Source: Utricularia gibba (Eukaryota; Plantae; Magnoliophyta). Taken from it: a stretch of DNA of 64,000 bases. The notes below the pieces were generated by a model that had not been told where the DNA came from, ran no database searches, and saw nothing but the letters and a program-made list of their open reading frames with translations. A program made the position numbers and the translations under genes. How positions within the stretch are numbered: position 1 is the first letter of the stretch; every line of letters starts with the position of its first letter. Location of the stretch: positions 682,001-746,000 of the forward strand of contig CM007989.1 in NCBI GenBank assembly GCA_002189035.1. Direction: 5' to 3'. Shown piece by piece: positions 11,508 through 27,800 of the stretch.

Positions 11508-13162
11508 ATGGCGGCGAGTCGTGGCCTCCGCTTCTCCACGGCGGCGTCGCGGTTGGTCAATGCTAGCAAACAGTTTCCACGTCCACAACCACAGGATCGA
11601 CTGTTCAAGAGACTATCGGCGCTAGAATATGTGAAGGGGTCGGTTTCGAGCGCAATAGATGAGTACTTGAGGGAAGGGAAATCCGTGAACAAGGATGAAC
11701 TTGATCGCTGTGTTCAGGAGCTCCGAAAGTACAAAAAGTACTCACAAGCTCTCGAGGTCTTCTTCTTTGTTGAACTTCCATGTGCTTTCTCGCTGTTTTA
11801 AGAGTAATCCTCTGGTAATGGAGATATTCAACAATGCTGGCTCGGTGCCCGATGTGGATGATTTCTAGTTCGATTTTTTCTCTAGTCTGGATTTGAGATT
11901 TGCTAGCCTGTTTTCTTGTTTTCATGCTCCGGTACGGGGGTGCATCATCGGCGTTGTTCTTCGTTAGATTCTCCTTCCCTCGTTCTCTGCTCATTGATTC
12001 GTTTTCGTTTCAGATAATCGATTGGATGGTGTTTCGGAAGTTCAACCTAAAAAACAGGGATTATGCTATCCGCTTGGATTTAGTTGCAAAAGTTCAGGGA
12101 ATATCCGCAGCTGAGAAATACCTGAGTGATATCCCATCTACTGCCAGAGGACACATCGCTTATAGTTCACTTCTGAACTGCTATTGTGCAGAGAAGATGA
12201 AGGAAAAGGCTGAAGCAATTTTTACCAAAATGTTACAGGAAAAGATGATCTTCAACGCCCAACCTTATAACACTCTCATGAGTCTATATCTCAAGCTGGA
12301 AATGCCACAGAAGGTGGTGGCCCTTAGAGAAGAAATGGAAGATAGAGGTATCAAGCCCGACACTTTTACCTATAACATGCTGATGAGGAGCTACTCGATT
12401 CTGAATGATGTAGATGGGGTGGAAAGAGCTTTGGGGGAGATGGAGAACCCGGTAAACAATGTTCCATGTAACTGGACAACGTATAGTAGCCTGGCGATCG
12501 CATATATCAACTGTGGGCATCATGAGAAAGCCAAGTCTGCATTAAAGAAGCTAGAGGAGAAGATGGACCAGACCGATCGACAGGCATACCATTTCTTGAT
12601 AAGCTTGTATGCTCAACTATCCGATCCTGAAAATACTCTTCGCATTTGGGAGGCCCTGAAGTCGAAACTGAGTGCCGTGACGAACAAATGTTATCTCGTC
12701 ACACTGCAGGCTCTTAAGAATGCAGATGACATTAAGGGAATCAAGCAAGTCTATGAGGAGTGGAAGTCTGCATATTCCCTCTTTGATGTGAGGATAGTGA
12801 ACACAGTGATCAGTGCTCACTTGAAACATGACATGCTTCAAGATGCCGAGTCAGTTATTCAATGGGCGCTGGACAAATCTCCTATATCTTTCTTTGCAAC
12901 ATGGGACATGCTGATGAACTACTTTCTGGAAAAGGAGGACATCGAGCGAGCTTTACAGATGATGAAAGGAGCAACTTCGATCAGCCTGGAAGAATGGAAC
13001 CTGGAGGAGACAGAGAAGTTGGAACAGTTTTTGAAAAGCCTCAACAAGGAGCATGACATGAGTAGCATTCGAGAGGTGTACGCATCTATCAAGGATATCA
13101 CATACTCTGCTCGCGGTCCTCACAACAAACTACTCCTTAAAGCTTACCTTTCAGGCTCCTGA
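11508..13162 (+). CDS. P-class pentatricopeptide repeat protein, probably mitochondrial
   Basis: Exon 1 has a targeting-like N-terminus and ELRKYKKYSQALE, followed by an intron from about 11757 to 12013. Exon 2 has IIDWM..DYAIRLDLVAKVQG, YSSLLNCYC, PYNTLMSLY, PDTFTYNMLM and WTTYSSLAIAY PPR repeats. Confidence 0.9.
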
Positions 13163-13665
13163 GTGGTCAGCAAGGAGATATCCTCATAATTTGTTTCTAG
13201 GAAATACCTTATCTTGCAGCTTGCCATGTGGCTGTGTACTTCTAATGTTACTTTGCCTCCTTTGAGCTTAGCGTTCAGGTTGAGGCTCCTTACTGATCAA
13301 GAATTTGAAATTTCTCCTTGAAAGCTCGCCTTCGTTGCAACAGGTTGCTTTTCTGCTAGAAGCATTTGAAAAATCACACCATGCATTTTAGTATACAAAA
13401 AGAATGGAAGGAGATCAAATCCTGACAGAAGAATCCGTTACACAAAAGCTTTCAGTGTTCAGTGAAAGGCCCACCACTTCAAGTCATAAATGATCGAGCT
13501 CTCGAGAAACGCCATCCAAGATTCAAATGTTTCATCCAATGAAAGAGCAACCAGTAGGACTGTTGAGAACTTAAATACATATGAAGGAAATCAAGATTCT
13601 AGCAACTGCTCCATTTCTTTTCTTCCTAAAGGGGCTGCGCCATCTTTGTAACCTACAACTGCCTG

Positions 13666-15276
13666 TTATAATTGTAGTTTCAGCGTTGTGTCGATTATCC
13701 GTATCGGCGTTTTAGGCTGAAAATGCTCATCTGTGTCCGCCTCCTCAATTTCCTGGAAAGAAATGCGTTGAAAGCATGAACTACCTCACCAAATGTGGTA
13801 GACAAATGAAATGCATTGCATCAGATTGAAATAAGATACCTGTACAACATCTTCACCCTTTACAACGCGTCCAAATACATTAATTTTCTCATTCAGATCT
13901 GGGAGTGGAGCTGTCGTGATTATCAAATCAAAACTGCCACCATCTTTTTTCTTTGAAGTGCCCAGCATAAATGCTTCATGATTCAGGCTAAACAGTAATC
14001 AACGAATATTCTGGTAAGCGCTTGGGAGGGATATGATGCATATGACCTAAGGAAGACAGACCTTGTATCTACTTGATGGTTGTGTTTCCCCTTGAAGTCC
14101 AGTCTTCAGTGGATTCAGGTCTATCAGCACTACTTTGAATCATGAAGTTCTTTATCACAAGGCTGAAGGGCATTCCCTTGAATCGCCCCTTCAGACTGGA
14201 AATAAAATATACAACAGATGAAAATGTAAGACACGATGGGTATATGCATTTAAGCTACAATCTTACACCACAGGAAGTTATGCCCTTAAAAGTATGCAAT
14301 GATTATCAACCTCAAAGACACTCCAAGTTTCTTGGTGCATACCAGGACTGAATAAACTTGTCAACTACTTCAGGAGAGCCTTCTCTGAAAAGCTCCACAG
14401 TGATTGAGCCTTTTGAAGTGCTTATAACCTGTCAAGACATCCATTATTATCATTTGAGAGTACCAGCAGAAAAGAATGGACAACCAACAGATAAATTTTG
14501 AGGGGAAAAAGCATAAAGACGGAAGTGAAGTCAGATATAGGGACCTATCACAGACCACATTGAGTGAAAAAGGCACATTAATAAACGTCAAACAAATGTA
14601 CAATAACACACTTACGGCATATTTGGTGGGTTGAACTTTCTTTGGGTCAACTTCAGAAAATTCACGCTGGTACAACAAAGTGAAAACATGAAAAATTTGA
14701 ATACACTAAACATAAAAAATGAGATCAGGAATCAGAATTGAAATAACTACTGGAACACAATTAGCGGATGAAATTTTGTTAAAAATAACACTTGTGTTGA
14801 ATCTACCTGTACTTGTGAAGATGAACCTATGCTCTGAAATTTCGACCTGAATGTAGAATAAGCAAAGAATCATGATGCATTTCAAAATAAAAGGAAATGA
14901 TACACATTTTATGTTATCTAAAATTAATGCCCCATTAACATTTATTAACAGCATAGCACGCCCCACAAGTATTCAAGCTAGACAGAAAGACCTCCGAAGA
15001 TTTCGATCAACCAGTAGAATCATCTCATCCCATTCCAAGGATCAGAAACAGAGATTAGTAAATCATTAGAAAACCAACGTTGATTTCACTAAAATTATGA
15101 AAACTTATTTTCAATGTTATTTTATGAGGAGAAAAAACTGACCTGTAGGAAATGGAGACAAAAAATACTAGGACCACTGCAGTCAAGATGAGCGCAATTG
15201 TAAGAATGCTACACCGTCTTGGTCCTTTCTTCTTTTTACTCTGTAGTAAGAGCGCTTGAGGCTTGATCCTCCCCAT
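13666..15276 (-). CDS. CYP21-4: Membrane-anchored cyclophilin-type PPIase (CYP21-4/CYP21-3-like)
   Basis: [19 protein letters not shown] followed by a TM helix, [56 protein letters not shown]. Confidence 0.9.
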
Positions 15277-16092
15277 TATATACTCGCACAAATTCTCCAA
15301 TGATCTATACATCAAACACGGGTAGCCGCACCATAAAAAAACAGAAATTTCGAAACATAGAAGGGATGATACAGGAACCAAAAATGCAAAACCGACAACG
15401 GAACACTCCCCGAGGCAACAGAACTTGAAAGGTTACACATTTAACATTTCCATGTAACTATCGAAACATAAAAAACGCTCAAGATCGATTAAAATAAGCA
15501 CGTGAATCAAAAACACTCAATGGAACCACACCATAGGGTAAAAGGAGCTTCGAAGGTGATCGACATAGCTTCTGCAACACCATAAACCTTGAACATTTAC
15601 GCACCCCTACGAAGCAAAAATGACCACGAAACAAAAAAAAATTAAATCTATTCAGTTCGTAGGTACTTTTTCGGAGGATTTCGTTGTCGGAGAGGAGAAG
15701 AGTCGCCGCCTAGGAGAGCCGATTTAATCTTCCGTAGTCGCCGATAGAGACGAGAAACGGGGGCTCACGTTTTCTGTCCCCGAGAAAAGACATCGGCTTA
15801 TAAACGGAGTTCAAAGATTACACGTGCGCCGCACGTGGTTTTCTTAAAAAATTTTGAATTGTGACTCACAACTAGTAATTTTAATTTTTAAAATTACAAA
15901 ATCAAATTTTAATATTAATTGGAATCAGAAAATATGAAAAAAGAAAACGCCAAAAACATTTTTATTGTACGGAAATATATTTTTACATAAAGATATTCCA
16001 CATGTTTTTTTTAACAATAAAATAAAAGCACCAAATTGATTTTGGACCGTCACTGGATCTTCGACGGGAACAAGCTCCGGTCCTTCGCTAGT

Positions 16093-18789
16093 TCAACGGC
16101 CATTCTGATTGACGATCAACGAGAACACATCGTCGCCGTTATCAACCTTTTTCGTCTCATCGTCGTCGTCGTCGTCGCCGCCGAGGCTCAGAGTACTCCG
16201 GTGCCTCGCCAATAAGTCACCCTGGTCAACATGTTCTTCTCTGACATTCTCGGCAGTGGAGCCGGCGCCGGCACTTCCCTTCTCGTAGTTATCCTGTATC
16301 TGGAGAGCCGATTCCAAGCACCAGAGGATATCCCCCATCGACGGCCGATCGGCGCCGTGATCCGCTAAGCATTTCACGGCGGTGTCCGTGAATTTCTTCT
16401 GGCAACCAGGTGCGATTTTGCCTTTCAACTGAGGATCAATTATTTCGTCTAGGGTTTGGTTCCGTGCACATCGGAGCGCCCAATCGGCGAGACTGACTTG
16501 TTCCTTCGGGAGGCTAGGGTTCAGAGCAGGCCGCGCGCAGAGAACCTCGAATAGAACGACGCCGAAGGAGTAAACGTCGGACTTCTCCGTTAATTGCTGG
16601 CGGCGGAAGTACTCCGGATCCAGATACCCGAAACTTCCTTTCACGACGGTGCTGACGTGGCCCTTGTTCATATTGGGGCCGGTTTTCGATAGACCGAAAT
16701 CGGACACTTTCGCCACCCATTTATCGTCCACGAGGATGTTCGTGGTCTTGACGTCTCGGTGGATGATGGTGTATCTCGCGCCGGTGTGGAGGTAGTGAAG
16801 GCCACGCGCCGCCCCGATGCAGATCTCGAGCCTCTGTTTCCATGAGAGGATGATTTTGTTGCCTTTGTATAGATGCTCTCTCAAGGTTCCTTTCCCCATG
16901 TAGTCGTACACGAGGATCATTTCTCCGTTATCTTCGCAGAATCCGATGAGTGAGACCAGATGCCGATGGCGGAGACGGGATAGCATTTCGATTTCTGTTT
17001 GAAATTCATTGGCCCCTTGCTCTGAAGATGGGTTCGATCTCTTGATTGCGACTTTGGTGTCGCCGTCAATGACTCCTTTGTACACTTTCCCGAAACCGCC
17101 AACTCCGATGACGTTCGATTCGTCGAAGTTCTTGGTCGCCTGCTTAATCTCCGCCAGGCTGAAATAACGGCAATTGCAGGCGGCGTCAGAGGATATGGAG
17201 ACGGCGGCTTGACTTTTGCCTCCAGTGGAAGTTTTGGTTCCGGTGGTTGTGGAATTCCATGTAATCGGAAGCCAACTCGATGTTGTATCTGTGGCGTTCG
17301 GCATTCTCTTCTTCCTCTGATAAGCCGCCAGAATTATCGCCGCCGCTATTCCTACAGCCGCAGCGCCTCCTGCCGCGCCACTGATGACCACAGTTGTTCT
17401 CGACGGTTTCGGAGACTCAAACGCCTTGGGAGATAACTGGGATTCTTGATACTCCTTCATTAGATCTGAAATCGTCGGATTTGGGCCAGCCAGATTCTTC
17501 TTCACGTTATCACTGAGCTTGAAAATCTCCAGTCCATTGAGAAGGACATCGGAAAACTCAGCTTTCGTTGCTTCGGCGGGATGAAGCGCCACCCACAGCT
17601 TATCTTCTCCGGTCTTGTTTCCGACGCGAACCACGTAATCCTTCTTCATCGGAGTTGCGATTGAATTCGTCAAGGCGAAAATGTCAACTTCTCTTTGGGC
17701 GGTTCTGTTGTTGATATACACATCAAAAACTCTCTGATTCGTCTTCGTCATCTCGGAATCACACCAATGGAATCTCACCAGGTACATGAAGTTGGTATCA
17801 ATCTGGAAAAACCAGGTGAGATTTGAGTTTTTGTTCACATCAACGTACGCGCCCAGAGATCTGTAAGTGCTGTAAACATCCAATGGCGCGATGTAGGGCG
17901 GCAGGCTTTTGTAACGGACGGTGATATTGGCTTCCACCGCCACACCTTGGCCGGCGCCGTAGATATAGAGGCTGTCGTCATACCAGCTTCTCATCAATCC
18001 ACCGGAGTCATTCGTCGGAGAAATATATTGCCCGCCAACGTTCAGCCTGTACATCGACTCCATGCTGGTGGCGGCGACGGGAACCGTCGTCGCGGTGCTG
18101 AAATCGTCGTTGCTGACAGTTCCGACCAACACGGGATCTTCATCGAACACATTGGGCGCAGAAATAACCTCAATCCCGTTCACAAACGCGAATGATTGAG
18201 ACTGATTCTCAAATGGCTTGAACGTGACGTCTACATAAGGCGAAGCCGCCGCCGCCGGAGCCAGATAATACTCCTTGATGAAATAGGCCTGGGAAAGCGC
18301 CTCCGCCCCGATAGAAGCGCTAAAATTGCTGAGAAGTGTAATCCCTCCGGCGACAACGGAGAAATACGAGTTGGAGATGTTGAAATTAGGGTAAGCAGAC
18401 GGGTAGAAATGAAGACGGAGGAGAGTTCGCGATGTGGGATCACCAATCGGCAATCTATACGTCGCTTCCGCCGGGAATATCCTCGCTGTCATGTACGGCA
18501 CATCGGAGGGTAACGAAGGGTCCTGCAGCTCCGCTGTGGCTTTCACCGATTTATCCGCGGAGACGAGGTACTTATCATCCAACTCCCAGCTCCGGCCATC
18601 GACGTCTTTCCCGACATTAGCGGCTCCACACGTTATGATCAGAGGCTTCCGGGCGGCGTCATCGGCTGCAGCATGGACGTCATGGATGAAGAAAAGGAGC
18701 AGGAAGAATGTCTGAATCTTGGATTTCATCGGATTAGGCATACAGGAAAAGGAAGAAGAAGAGGGCGCGGTAGATGCTTGGGAAGGCAA
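16093..18789 (-). CDS. ANX1: CrRLK1L malectin-like receptor kinase, ANXUR type (intronless)
   Basis: 898-aa ORF with a signal peptide, double malectin-like domain (QDPSLPSDVPYMTARIF; MYRLNVGGQYI), TM helix and kinase (GVGGFGKVYKG, HRDVKTTN, DFGLSKTGPNMNKGHVSTVVKGSFGYLDPEY). The true start may be a downstream Met. Confidence 0.93.
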   Translation of the reverse strand: MPSQASTAPSSSSFSCMPNPMKSKIQTFFLLLFFIHDVHAAADDAARKPLIITCGAANVGKDVDGRSWELDDKYLVSADKSVKATAELQDPSLPSDVPYMTARIFPAEATYRLPIGDPTSRTLLRLHFYPSAYPNFNISNSYFSVVAGGITLLSNFSASIGAEALSQAYFIKEYYLAPAAAASPYVDVTFKPFENQSQSFAFVNGIEVISAPNVFDEDPVLVGTVSNDDFSTATTVPVAATSMESMYRLNVGGQYISPTNDSGGLMRSWYDDSLYIYGAGQGVAVEANITVRYKSLPPYIAPLDVYSTYRSLGAYVDVNKNSNLTWFFQIDTNFMYLVRFHWCDSEMTKTNQRVFDVYINNRTAQREVDIFALTNSIATPMKKDYVVRVGNKTGEDKLWVALHPAEATKAEFSDVLLNGLEIFKLSDNVKKNLAGPNPTISDLMKEYQESQLSPKAFESPKPSRTTVVISGAAGGAAAVGIAAAIILAAYQRKKRMPNATDTTSSWLPITWNSTTTGTKTSTGGKSQAAVSISSDAACNCRYFSLAEIKQATKNFDESNVIGVGGFGKVYKGVIDGDTKVAIKRSNPSSEQGANEFQTEIEMLSRLRHRHLVSLIGFCEDNGEMILVYDYMGKGTLREHLYKGNKIILSWKQRLEICIGAARGLHYLHTGARYTIIHRDVKTTNILVDDKWVAKVSDFGLSKTGPNMNKGHVSTVVKGSFGYLDPEYFRRQQLTEKSDVYSFGVVLFEVLCARPALNPSLPKEQVSLADWALRCARNQTLDEIIDPQLKGKIAPGCQKKFTDTAVKCLADHGADRPSMGDILWCLESALQIQDNYEKGSAGAGSTAENVREEHVDQGDLLARHRSTLSLGGDDDDDDETKKVDNGDDVFSLIVNQNGR

Positions 18790-20141
18790 AGCTTTCCCTG
18801 TACGCCTGGGAGAAAACTCGAGGCCGTACTCCGTTCACCAAATTCAATATTTCGTATGTTTTAATGATACTAATTTTTGAAAAAAAAAAAGGAAATAAAA
18901 ATCAATTTTTTAATATCTAAATGATTTCCTTTTTTTTACCTATTTTTTTCAAGTTTGTGGTGGCTTCTAAAAACTTGGCACAACGCAGGAAGCGGAGGAA
19001 TCTGTGGGGTGGAAGTTTTTCTTTCTCTGAAATGGGAAATTGTTGCTCATTATGCACATATAAAAAATCACTCAATATTTTTAATAAATTCATTATGCAT
19101 AACATATCATCATATAATATTATTAAACAGTTTTTATAATGAATACTAATTAAATAAAGAACACAAATAAAAAACACGAGAGAATTTCAACTTTTTCTTT
19201 ATTAGAAATGCAAAGAATTCAATGGCATCATTTCCTCAAGCAAGTTTCTATTTTTTTAATATATTTATTTCTTATTCATTAAAAGAATTTTAGTTTTTTG
19301 ATATATTCTAAATAAATAAATCAAACACAATAACATTTTCAATATGGATATACAAACTATATATCATACATAATTTATTTATTTTAAATACAAGTAATTC
19401 AAGTAAATAATAAATTAAACTATTCTAACAAAAAAGGTCCTTAAATTTAGTTGAATTATTAAATTTCACGAATTCCTTTATTAGTAATATTTTAAATTTC
19501 CTCGAAATTTCAAATTTTTTCAACTTAAAAATAAAAACCTGAGAAAAATGGAATTCGGGGTGAAGGCCCAAGAGGGTGAAATGGGCGGTATAAAGCACCG
19601 GCGGAAGGATATACCCAAAATATTTGCGAAATGATTGATAGATATTTTGTTTTGGATATTTTTATTTTAATTTAATAGTCAGTGAGAAAAGTTTTAATCG
19701 TTTAGACAAGACCCCATAAGAAAAGGGGGGTCCGAATCTAGGAGTTGAAATCCTTCTTTCTTCAATTTCGTTGCTGGATCTTAAGAAAAGCCTCCCCCAT
19801 CCCCTGCTCCGCGTCGTGGTTATCTCTAAGGGTTGAGGTTGTTTACGTTTTCTGGTTATTATTACTTGGAGAATATGTTCATTTGTTGTGGGATTTAGGT
19901 TTCTGGGTATGGGTTTTCTTGAATCATGTAGATGAATGGGATGGGAGGGAGTCTTTCCTTTTTGCTTTCTTGTCTTAACGATGTGCTGCTGTTTGCTGTT
20001 TTTGTTGATGGGTTTTTGCTGTTCGGATATGGTGGTGCGAAAATCGGTTCTTGTTGTCTGTGACTGCAGGGACAAGTTTTCTGAAGTCATTGCTGCTGCA
20101 ATTTGGGGGGATTCGTTGTCGATCTGTAGCTTTGATGGAAT

Positions 20142-20967
20142 ATGGAATGCAACAGCTCCAAAGAGGAGGAATTCGTTGTTGATATCAAGAATTTTGAGTC
20201 GACGGATGAACCACCGTCGAGTGAATTGTGCAACAAATGGGTGAAGAGCTCAATTCCTGTCATTGCATCGAGTAAGAATGCCAATCCGGATAATGCTTTG
20301 AGGGAATTGGGAAGGCCGGAGGACGGGGAAGATAAACAGCCTCTGACGCAGAAAGAGAGGCGAATGGGTGGAAAAGCTCAGAAGCCACCTCGTCCTCCCA
20401 AAGGTCCATCCTTGGATGCCGCAGATATGAGGTTTGTGAAAGAGATCTCCAGAATAGCATTGAAGAAAAAGGCGCGAATCCAGAGGTTGAATGAATTGAA
20501 GAAGTTGAGTAAAGCAAGCAAACCAGCTACACCGTCCTCATTGTTTTCACCAACCTCTGGCAGTTGGCTCTCAGCCATGGTTGTCACAGTTGTATTCTTC
20601 CTTATCCTTATTTTTCAAGGTATATCTCCATTCATCATTTAACAGCAGCTTCCCAATAGAAACTTGTGCAAAAAAATGAACTTTGATAGTATTAGTGAAA
20701 GAAATTAGTTTATCGATAGCTGGAATGCTCCTCAATCAATGTCTTGGCACCATGATGAGTTTTCGTTTCATCCAAATGCAGGGCTTTCTGGTTCGAGTTC
20801 TGGTTTTGTGTTCATGGGTGCTCCTCAAACAGCGCCAGGGAAAGCATTCTCACCGGTTTCCAGTTCACAGAGGTTTGTGCTTCTTCTTCTTCTTCTTCTT
20901 CTTGTGCTTTTGTTCAGACAACAGCTTGAGATGCGTTCACTTGACCTATTGATGCAGATCATCTTAA
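20142..20967 (+). CDS. Uncharacterised plant membrane protein (KPPRPPKGPSLDAAD family)
   Basis: Conserved KPPRPPKGPSLDAADMRFVKEISRIALKKKARI motif and C-terminal TM segment AMVVTVVFFLILIFQG. Two further short exons end at TAA 20965-20967. Confidence 0.8.
20880..20903. repeat. (CTT)n microsatellite in an intron
   Basis: About 8 CTT units within the last intron of the 20142-20967 gene. Confidence 0.8.
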
Positions 20968-21252
20968 AATTCACTCATACTGAAGAAGCTTGAGGTCGAC
21001 TTCCGTTGCTACTGTTCATTCTGTAATCTGTTTCTTGATTGGGATTCAGTCAAATCTTGTTGAATTGATGTCGAGATCGCCTTCTTCTTTCCCTGTTTCT
21101 TCCTCGGCACCCCACCTCTTCGACTCTGACTGACAACTTTTCTTCAGAATTCCGCCATTGATTTTCTCTCGGTTTCTCTTTCGAGACGAATCGTTCACGT
21201 TATAAATTTCAATTTACTTAATTTGAAATTTGGGCTTCGGAAAAGATTTATT

Positions 21253-21340
21253 TGGGCCGTCGGCCCACCAGCACATGCAAATACATAAGCACGCTTCTGG
21301 TCTGTTACTAACGGAACCGATGTAAGCTCAGAAACCCTAG
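21253..21340 (+). promoter_or_regulatory. Site II motifs plus telo-box in the PRP43 promoter
   Basis: TGGGCC 21253-21258, GGCCCA 21262-21267 and AAACCCTAG 21332-21340. This is the combination typical of plant ribosome-biogenesis and translation gene promoters. Confidence 0.65.
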
Positions 21341-21472
21341 GAATTGGGGGTTTGCCGATTTTGTTCTCGGCGGGAGAGGCATTGGGGGATTTCTGATTTC
21401 AGATCGGAGTTTCTAATTCGCCCGAGTGGTTTCAATATAGTCTCCTATTTAGGGATTCGTCGTATCCCGGAT

Positions 21473-24425
<2,953 letters not shown>

Positions 24426-24882
24426 GACATGTATGATTTTTAGAGAAACAAAGCAGAGATGGATCACGCACGCCATTACAATTACTCCTTGACGGTAGTT
24501 ACTCAGCCATGGGAACACATTGTACCGTGTATTATGTTGGCATGTCGGTTGGGAATCCTCTGGGGTGCATTATCTGGTGGCTGCACCCCACAGGAGCACT
24601 CTTGTGCTTGTTCTGCAATGGACGAGTGCTGTTTTAGATCATATGAGCATCCCATTTTTCCAGTTAAATACAAACGGGGTTCCCATGACAACACATGACA
24701 CTTTCTTACATGTCACAGTCGCACACCAACCGCTTTAACTTGCTTAAAGATTCATTGGTGTGCTTCAACTGTTTCTGCCTACTTATTTCCGTGGTCAAGT
24801 GCCACACAGAAGCTACTTGAGAAGCTCTGTCTACAAAAGCACCATGACTTCAAGCAAAACCAAGGTGGGTGACCGAGAGCTC

Positions 24883-27800
24883 CTACGCACAGTCCCTAGC
24901 TGAAGCCACAAGTGCTTCGAACATTGATGCGGTGTAATTGATCCCTTCTTCGGTTTCCTTCGCCCTAGTGGCTCCAGATGCAATCCTGTTACTTATTATT
25001 TCCCTTGTTGCTGTCAGTTGTAACTGCTTTGCCTGGAGTTCTTCAATACATTTGGCATTGCTAATGATTTTCTCCTCAATCACAGAAAGCTCATCCTTGT
25101 CCTCCAGTACCTGGTCTTTCAGTTCATTTGACTCTTGTCTCATCTTTTTGTGACGTTGCTTCAATTCCCGTAGCCTGGACACTCGGTTCTGGATTGTGCT
25201 CACATCAAAGCCATGTCTTTCAAGGTCTGCGAGGATCTCCAAGAGATCATCTTCTACACTTTCAGGGTCGCTGATCTGTAACCTTGAAGTTCTCTCCACC
25301 ACAGAGGAGAATGTGACCATGAACCCAATAGCCAAGCCTTCGCGAAAACCTTCTTTGGATTCTGCAAGAGGCTTAAAATGTGGCCTTTGAGGCATCACTT
25401 GGAAAGCCTCCATCAACTCAAATGTGCTCCATAGAGAAGAGGTTTTCACAAAAGGTAAGCTTTGCTCCCCACTTGGTGCTATATCTCGCTCTGGACATTC
25501 TAACTGTTTCCCAACATGTTCTGGGGTCGCAACTTTGGAAGCAATGTCCTTTTCCAGTTGCGGCAATGAAGCAGTAGCAGGTGGTACTGCTGCAAAAAAA
25601 AAAAAAAAAATGTTATGCAAATATTTGTACTGATGGGAGCATTAGAAAATATGCAACCTGTAGTTGAACCATCAAGCTTGGATGGGGATTGCATTGTCTG
25701 CTGTACAACACGTTCCAACTGTTCCCCAATGTTTTCAGGAGTTTCAACCTCGAAATCACATTTCTCTTCTACTTGCAGCGATGAAATAGTAGAGAATGGC
25801 ATCAGTCAGGAAAATGTTGGAACGGATGGAAACATCAGAGAAAATGCAAACCTGTACTTTCACCATTTTTCCTGGGTGGATACTGCAAATCCTTGATCCA
25901 TTTAGATAGCGGTTCATCCTCAACATGATCTAACATTGAGACAAAGGAACAGCCATAAAACAAAGAATCTGTGGTGGCAGTCCTCGACCAAAGTACATAT
26001 ATACTGAGGATCACTGGCAAACAAAAACTATACTAAAAGATGATTCATGCCCAAACTCACCTGGTATTTCATCGTCCTCTATATCCACTCCAGTTTTCCT
26101 TGACTTCACCACTGAAGACTCCTCTCGAAGCATGTTTGAATCTGTATGATTGTTCTCCTCATTCCCCAGGTTCATATTTGCATCAGATGGGAGAATATCA
26201 ATTTCTTCACATCCCAATGCAGGAATCATAGCAGCATGATCATCTTCCTTGTGAAAATGACCTGAACCAGCAGGCACGCTTTCATTTTTTCCATACAGTA
26301 AATAACTGAAGCTTATGCACAAGACATCAAATGAAGAGCAAACAAGCTAATGTAAACCATAGTCCTACTTTTCGCATGAATTTGCATCCCTTCACCTTCA
26401 AACCTTCTTGGTCTTCTCCTCTTTCGCTTCACAGAAGCTATTTCAGTTGGCTCTTCGTTATACCTCTACATGCAAAATAAAAATGTATGAACATAGCACA
26501 ATAAGTATCTTAACCACAACTGTTGTAGACTGTAGCATTCTTTGATTTCCATTCATCAAATCACAGGATATTGCCGGTGGTTATCAACCAAAAAGAACTC
26601 CACCTTTACTCGGGCTCGGGATCTGCCAGTACCTAAGTATCAGGAGGCAACAATTTCTACTCTGCCCTATTATAGTACTATTGGCAACCCCATTGGTGTG
26701 ATTTATTTTCTTACTGAGTGTTGCAATATGATATGTATTCGATTGCTTAACAAGTTATCTTAAAGCTGATTTGGTCTCAAAGAAGATTCCATCTTCATCT
26801 AACCTCTGGAATTGGCCTCTAAACACACAAAGCACATTCATTATCACATCAATAATATCATTGTCCTTGGAAAAAAGTTGGGGAAATACCTCCACATCCA
26901 CAACTTGGGGGTCATTTCGTTTCTCCCCTGAAGGAGTTTGTGTTATTGACAGATGACTGACTCTCCCATCATTTGCATTGCCGGATCCAGATTCTGCAGA
27001 TGGTAAAGCAATGATAACTGGATAATCTGTGACTTCTGCAGCATTCTGATTTCTAACATGCTTCTCAGATGAATTCATCAAAAGCAGCTTCTTTACTGCA
27101 AATAAAAAAATAGACAATATGCGTAAGGAGAGAATACAGCCGGGAAAATAAAAACTGAAGACAGAATTTTAATATGGGAAGAACATTATCAACAACAAGA
27201 ATATCCCGACCTTCAGGCTGTGACGAATATGTTCCAACATTCAGACAGGGGGAAACGGTCCTGAAGGTTTTTTTCGTTGCATGCGGCTTAGCTTTTCTCT
27301 TCTGCAAAATCAACAACACGGATACAATTGGTAAGATGCAGGAGAATAGGTGAGGAAATCAAAGAAACAGATGCAGTTTATTTTTCAATGTCAATATACA
27401 GAATCTCTGTCACAGATCAACATATAATTCTTGAATACAGAGAATTGTCAGTCACGAAGGTATCATTAACATCAAACTGTAGTCCAAAGGATGTCTCTAA
27501 TTTTGCATACACAAAAACAGATAATTATAATGTAGAACCACGAATTCCATCTACCAAGAACTAACAAGAGCAATTGTTAACTGCCGCACAAGGGAAAACA
27601 CTTACTAATGTACTGACTAGATCCAGGGAAGAACCAAGAGATCGATCACTAGAAGCAAAACTCTTAATTCGATCATAAAAAGAACTCTTCCCACTATCAC
27701 AACCATTTGAATATATGGTGCTCACTGGAGCTGTATGATTTTCAGAAATTCCATGCGCATGGATTCCATCATCTGAATGATGTCCCTAGAATATAATGAA